From Nitrososphaerota archaeon (GTDB lineage Archaea; Thermoproteota; Nitrososphaeria_A; Caldarchaeales; Calditenuaceae), in assembly GCA_033581555.1 (NCBI GenBank), contig JAVQSZ010000008.1:3001-27000 (forward strand): DNA of 24,000 nucleotides. The letters run 5' to 3'. How positions within the stretch are numbered: the stretch's first letter is position 1; each line of letters opens with the position of its first letter. The notes beneath the pieces are model-generated. The model worked only from the letters and a program-made list of their open reading frames with translations. It did no database searches and was not told where the DNA came from. Position numbers and translations under genes: made by a program. This document shows positions 23,943 to 24,000 of the stretch, piece after piece.

Positions 23943-24000
23943 ACGCGTCTACCCTCGTTCTGTCCCCTCGGGTTCCCTCTTCTCTTTCTCCCTTACTCTC

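Noticed and set aside
1-24000. Search for CRISPR arrays, transposases/IS ends, integrases, toxin-antitoxin or other defence modules, rRNA, and inteins in the rpo genes
   Set aside because: I found no regularly spaced repeats, no recombinase-like ORFs and no long terminal inverted repeats. The RpoB and RpoA lengths match intein-free homologues. By-eye repeat detection is limited, so a dot-plot or self-BLAST would be the proper check.
23971-24000. Almost pure polypyrimidine tract (ttccctcttctctttctcccttactctc) after the rpoA stop, running into the window edge
   Set aside because: It could be a terminator-like region, a spacer before the next operon gene, or the end of a minus-strand gene. It is truncated by the window, so it cannot be evaluated.

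Overview
This is a GC-rich archaeal chromosome segment. The evidence is an rpoH-rpoB-rpoA operon, an archaeal-type short TIM, an intron-containing tRNA, and TATA boxes about 25-30 nt upstream of apparently leaderless start codons. Arg codons are dominated by AGG in the core genes. It looks like a thermophilic TACK/crenarchaeote-like lineage, but the organism cannot be named from the sequence alone. Gene content runs as follows. (1) 1-4.4 kb holds a BMP-family ABC uptake system: a tandem-NBD ATPase cut by the window edge, two permeases, and a convergent substrate-binding protein. (2) 4.4-6.75 kb holds a lone xanthine-dehydrogenase/CoxL-family molybdopterin subunit. (3) 6.8-11.5 kb holds the most interesting block: DUF2877-like, FdrA-like and DUF1116-like genes (the E. 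coli AllH/AllF/AllG oxamate carbamoyltransferase families) rearranged around a cyclase-family metallohydrolase. This block includes a 51-codon ORF absent from the supplied track that looks like a detached FdrA C-terminus. (4) 11.6-16.3 kb holds tRNA-Ala(GGC) with an intron, a multi-TM protein, SppA, TpiA, a secreted hypothetical protein, a sugar-phosphate nucleotidyltransferase and an Ard1/RimI-type acetyltransferase. (5) 16.4-23.9 kb holds rpoH, an unsplit rpoB, and an rpoA that is NOT split into A' and A''. I saw no CRISPR arrays, transposases, integrases or rRNA. Many long ORFs in the track are antisense or alternate-frame artefacts of the high GC3 content.
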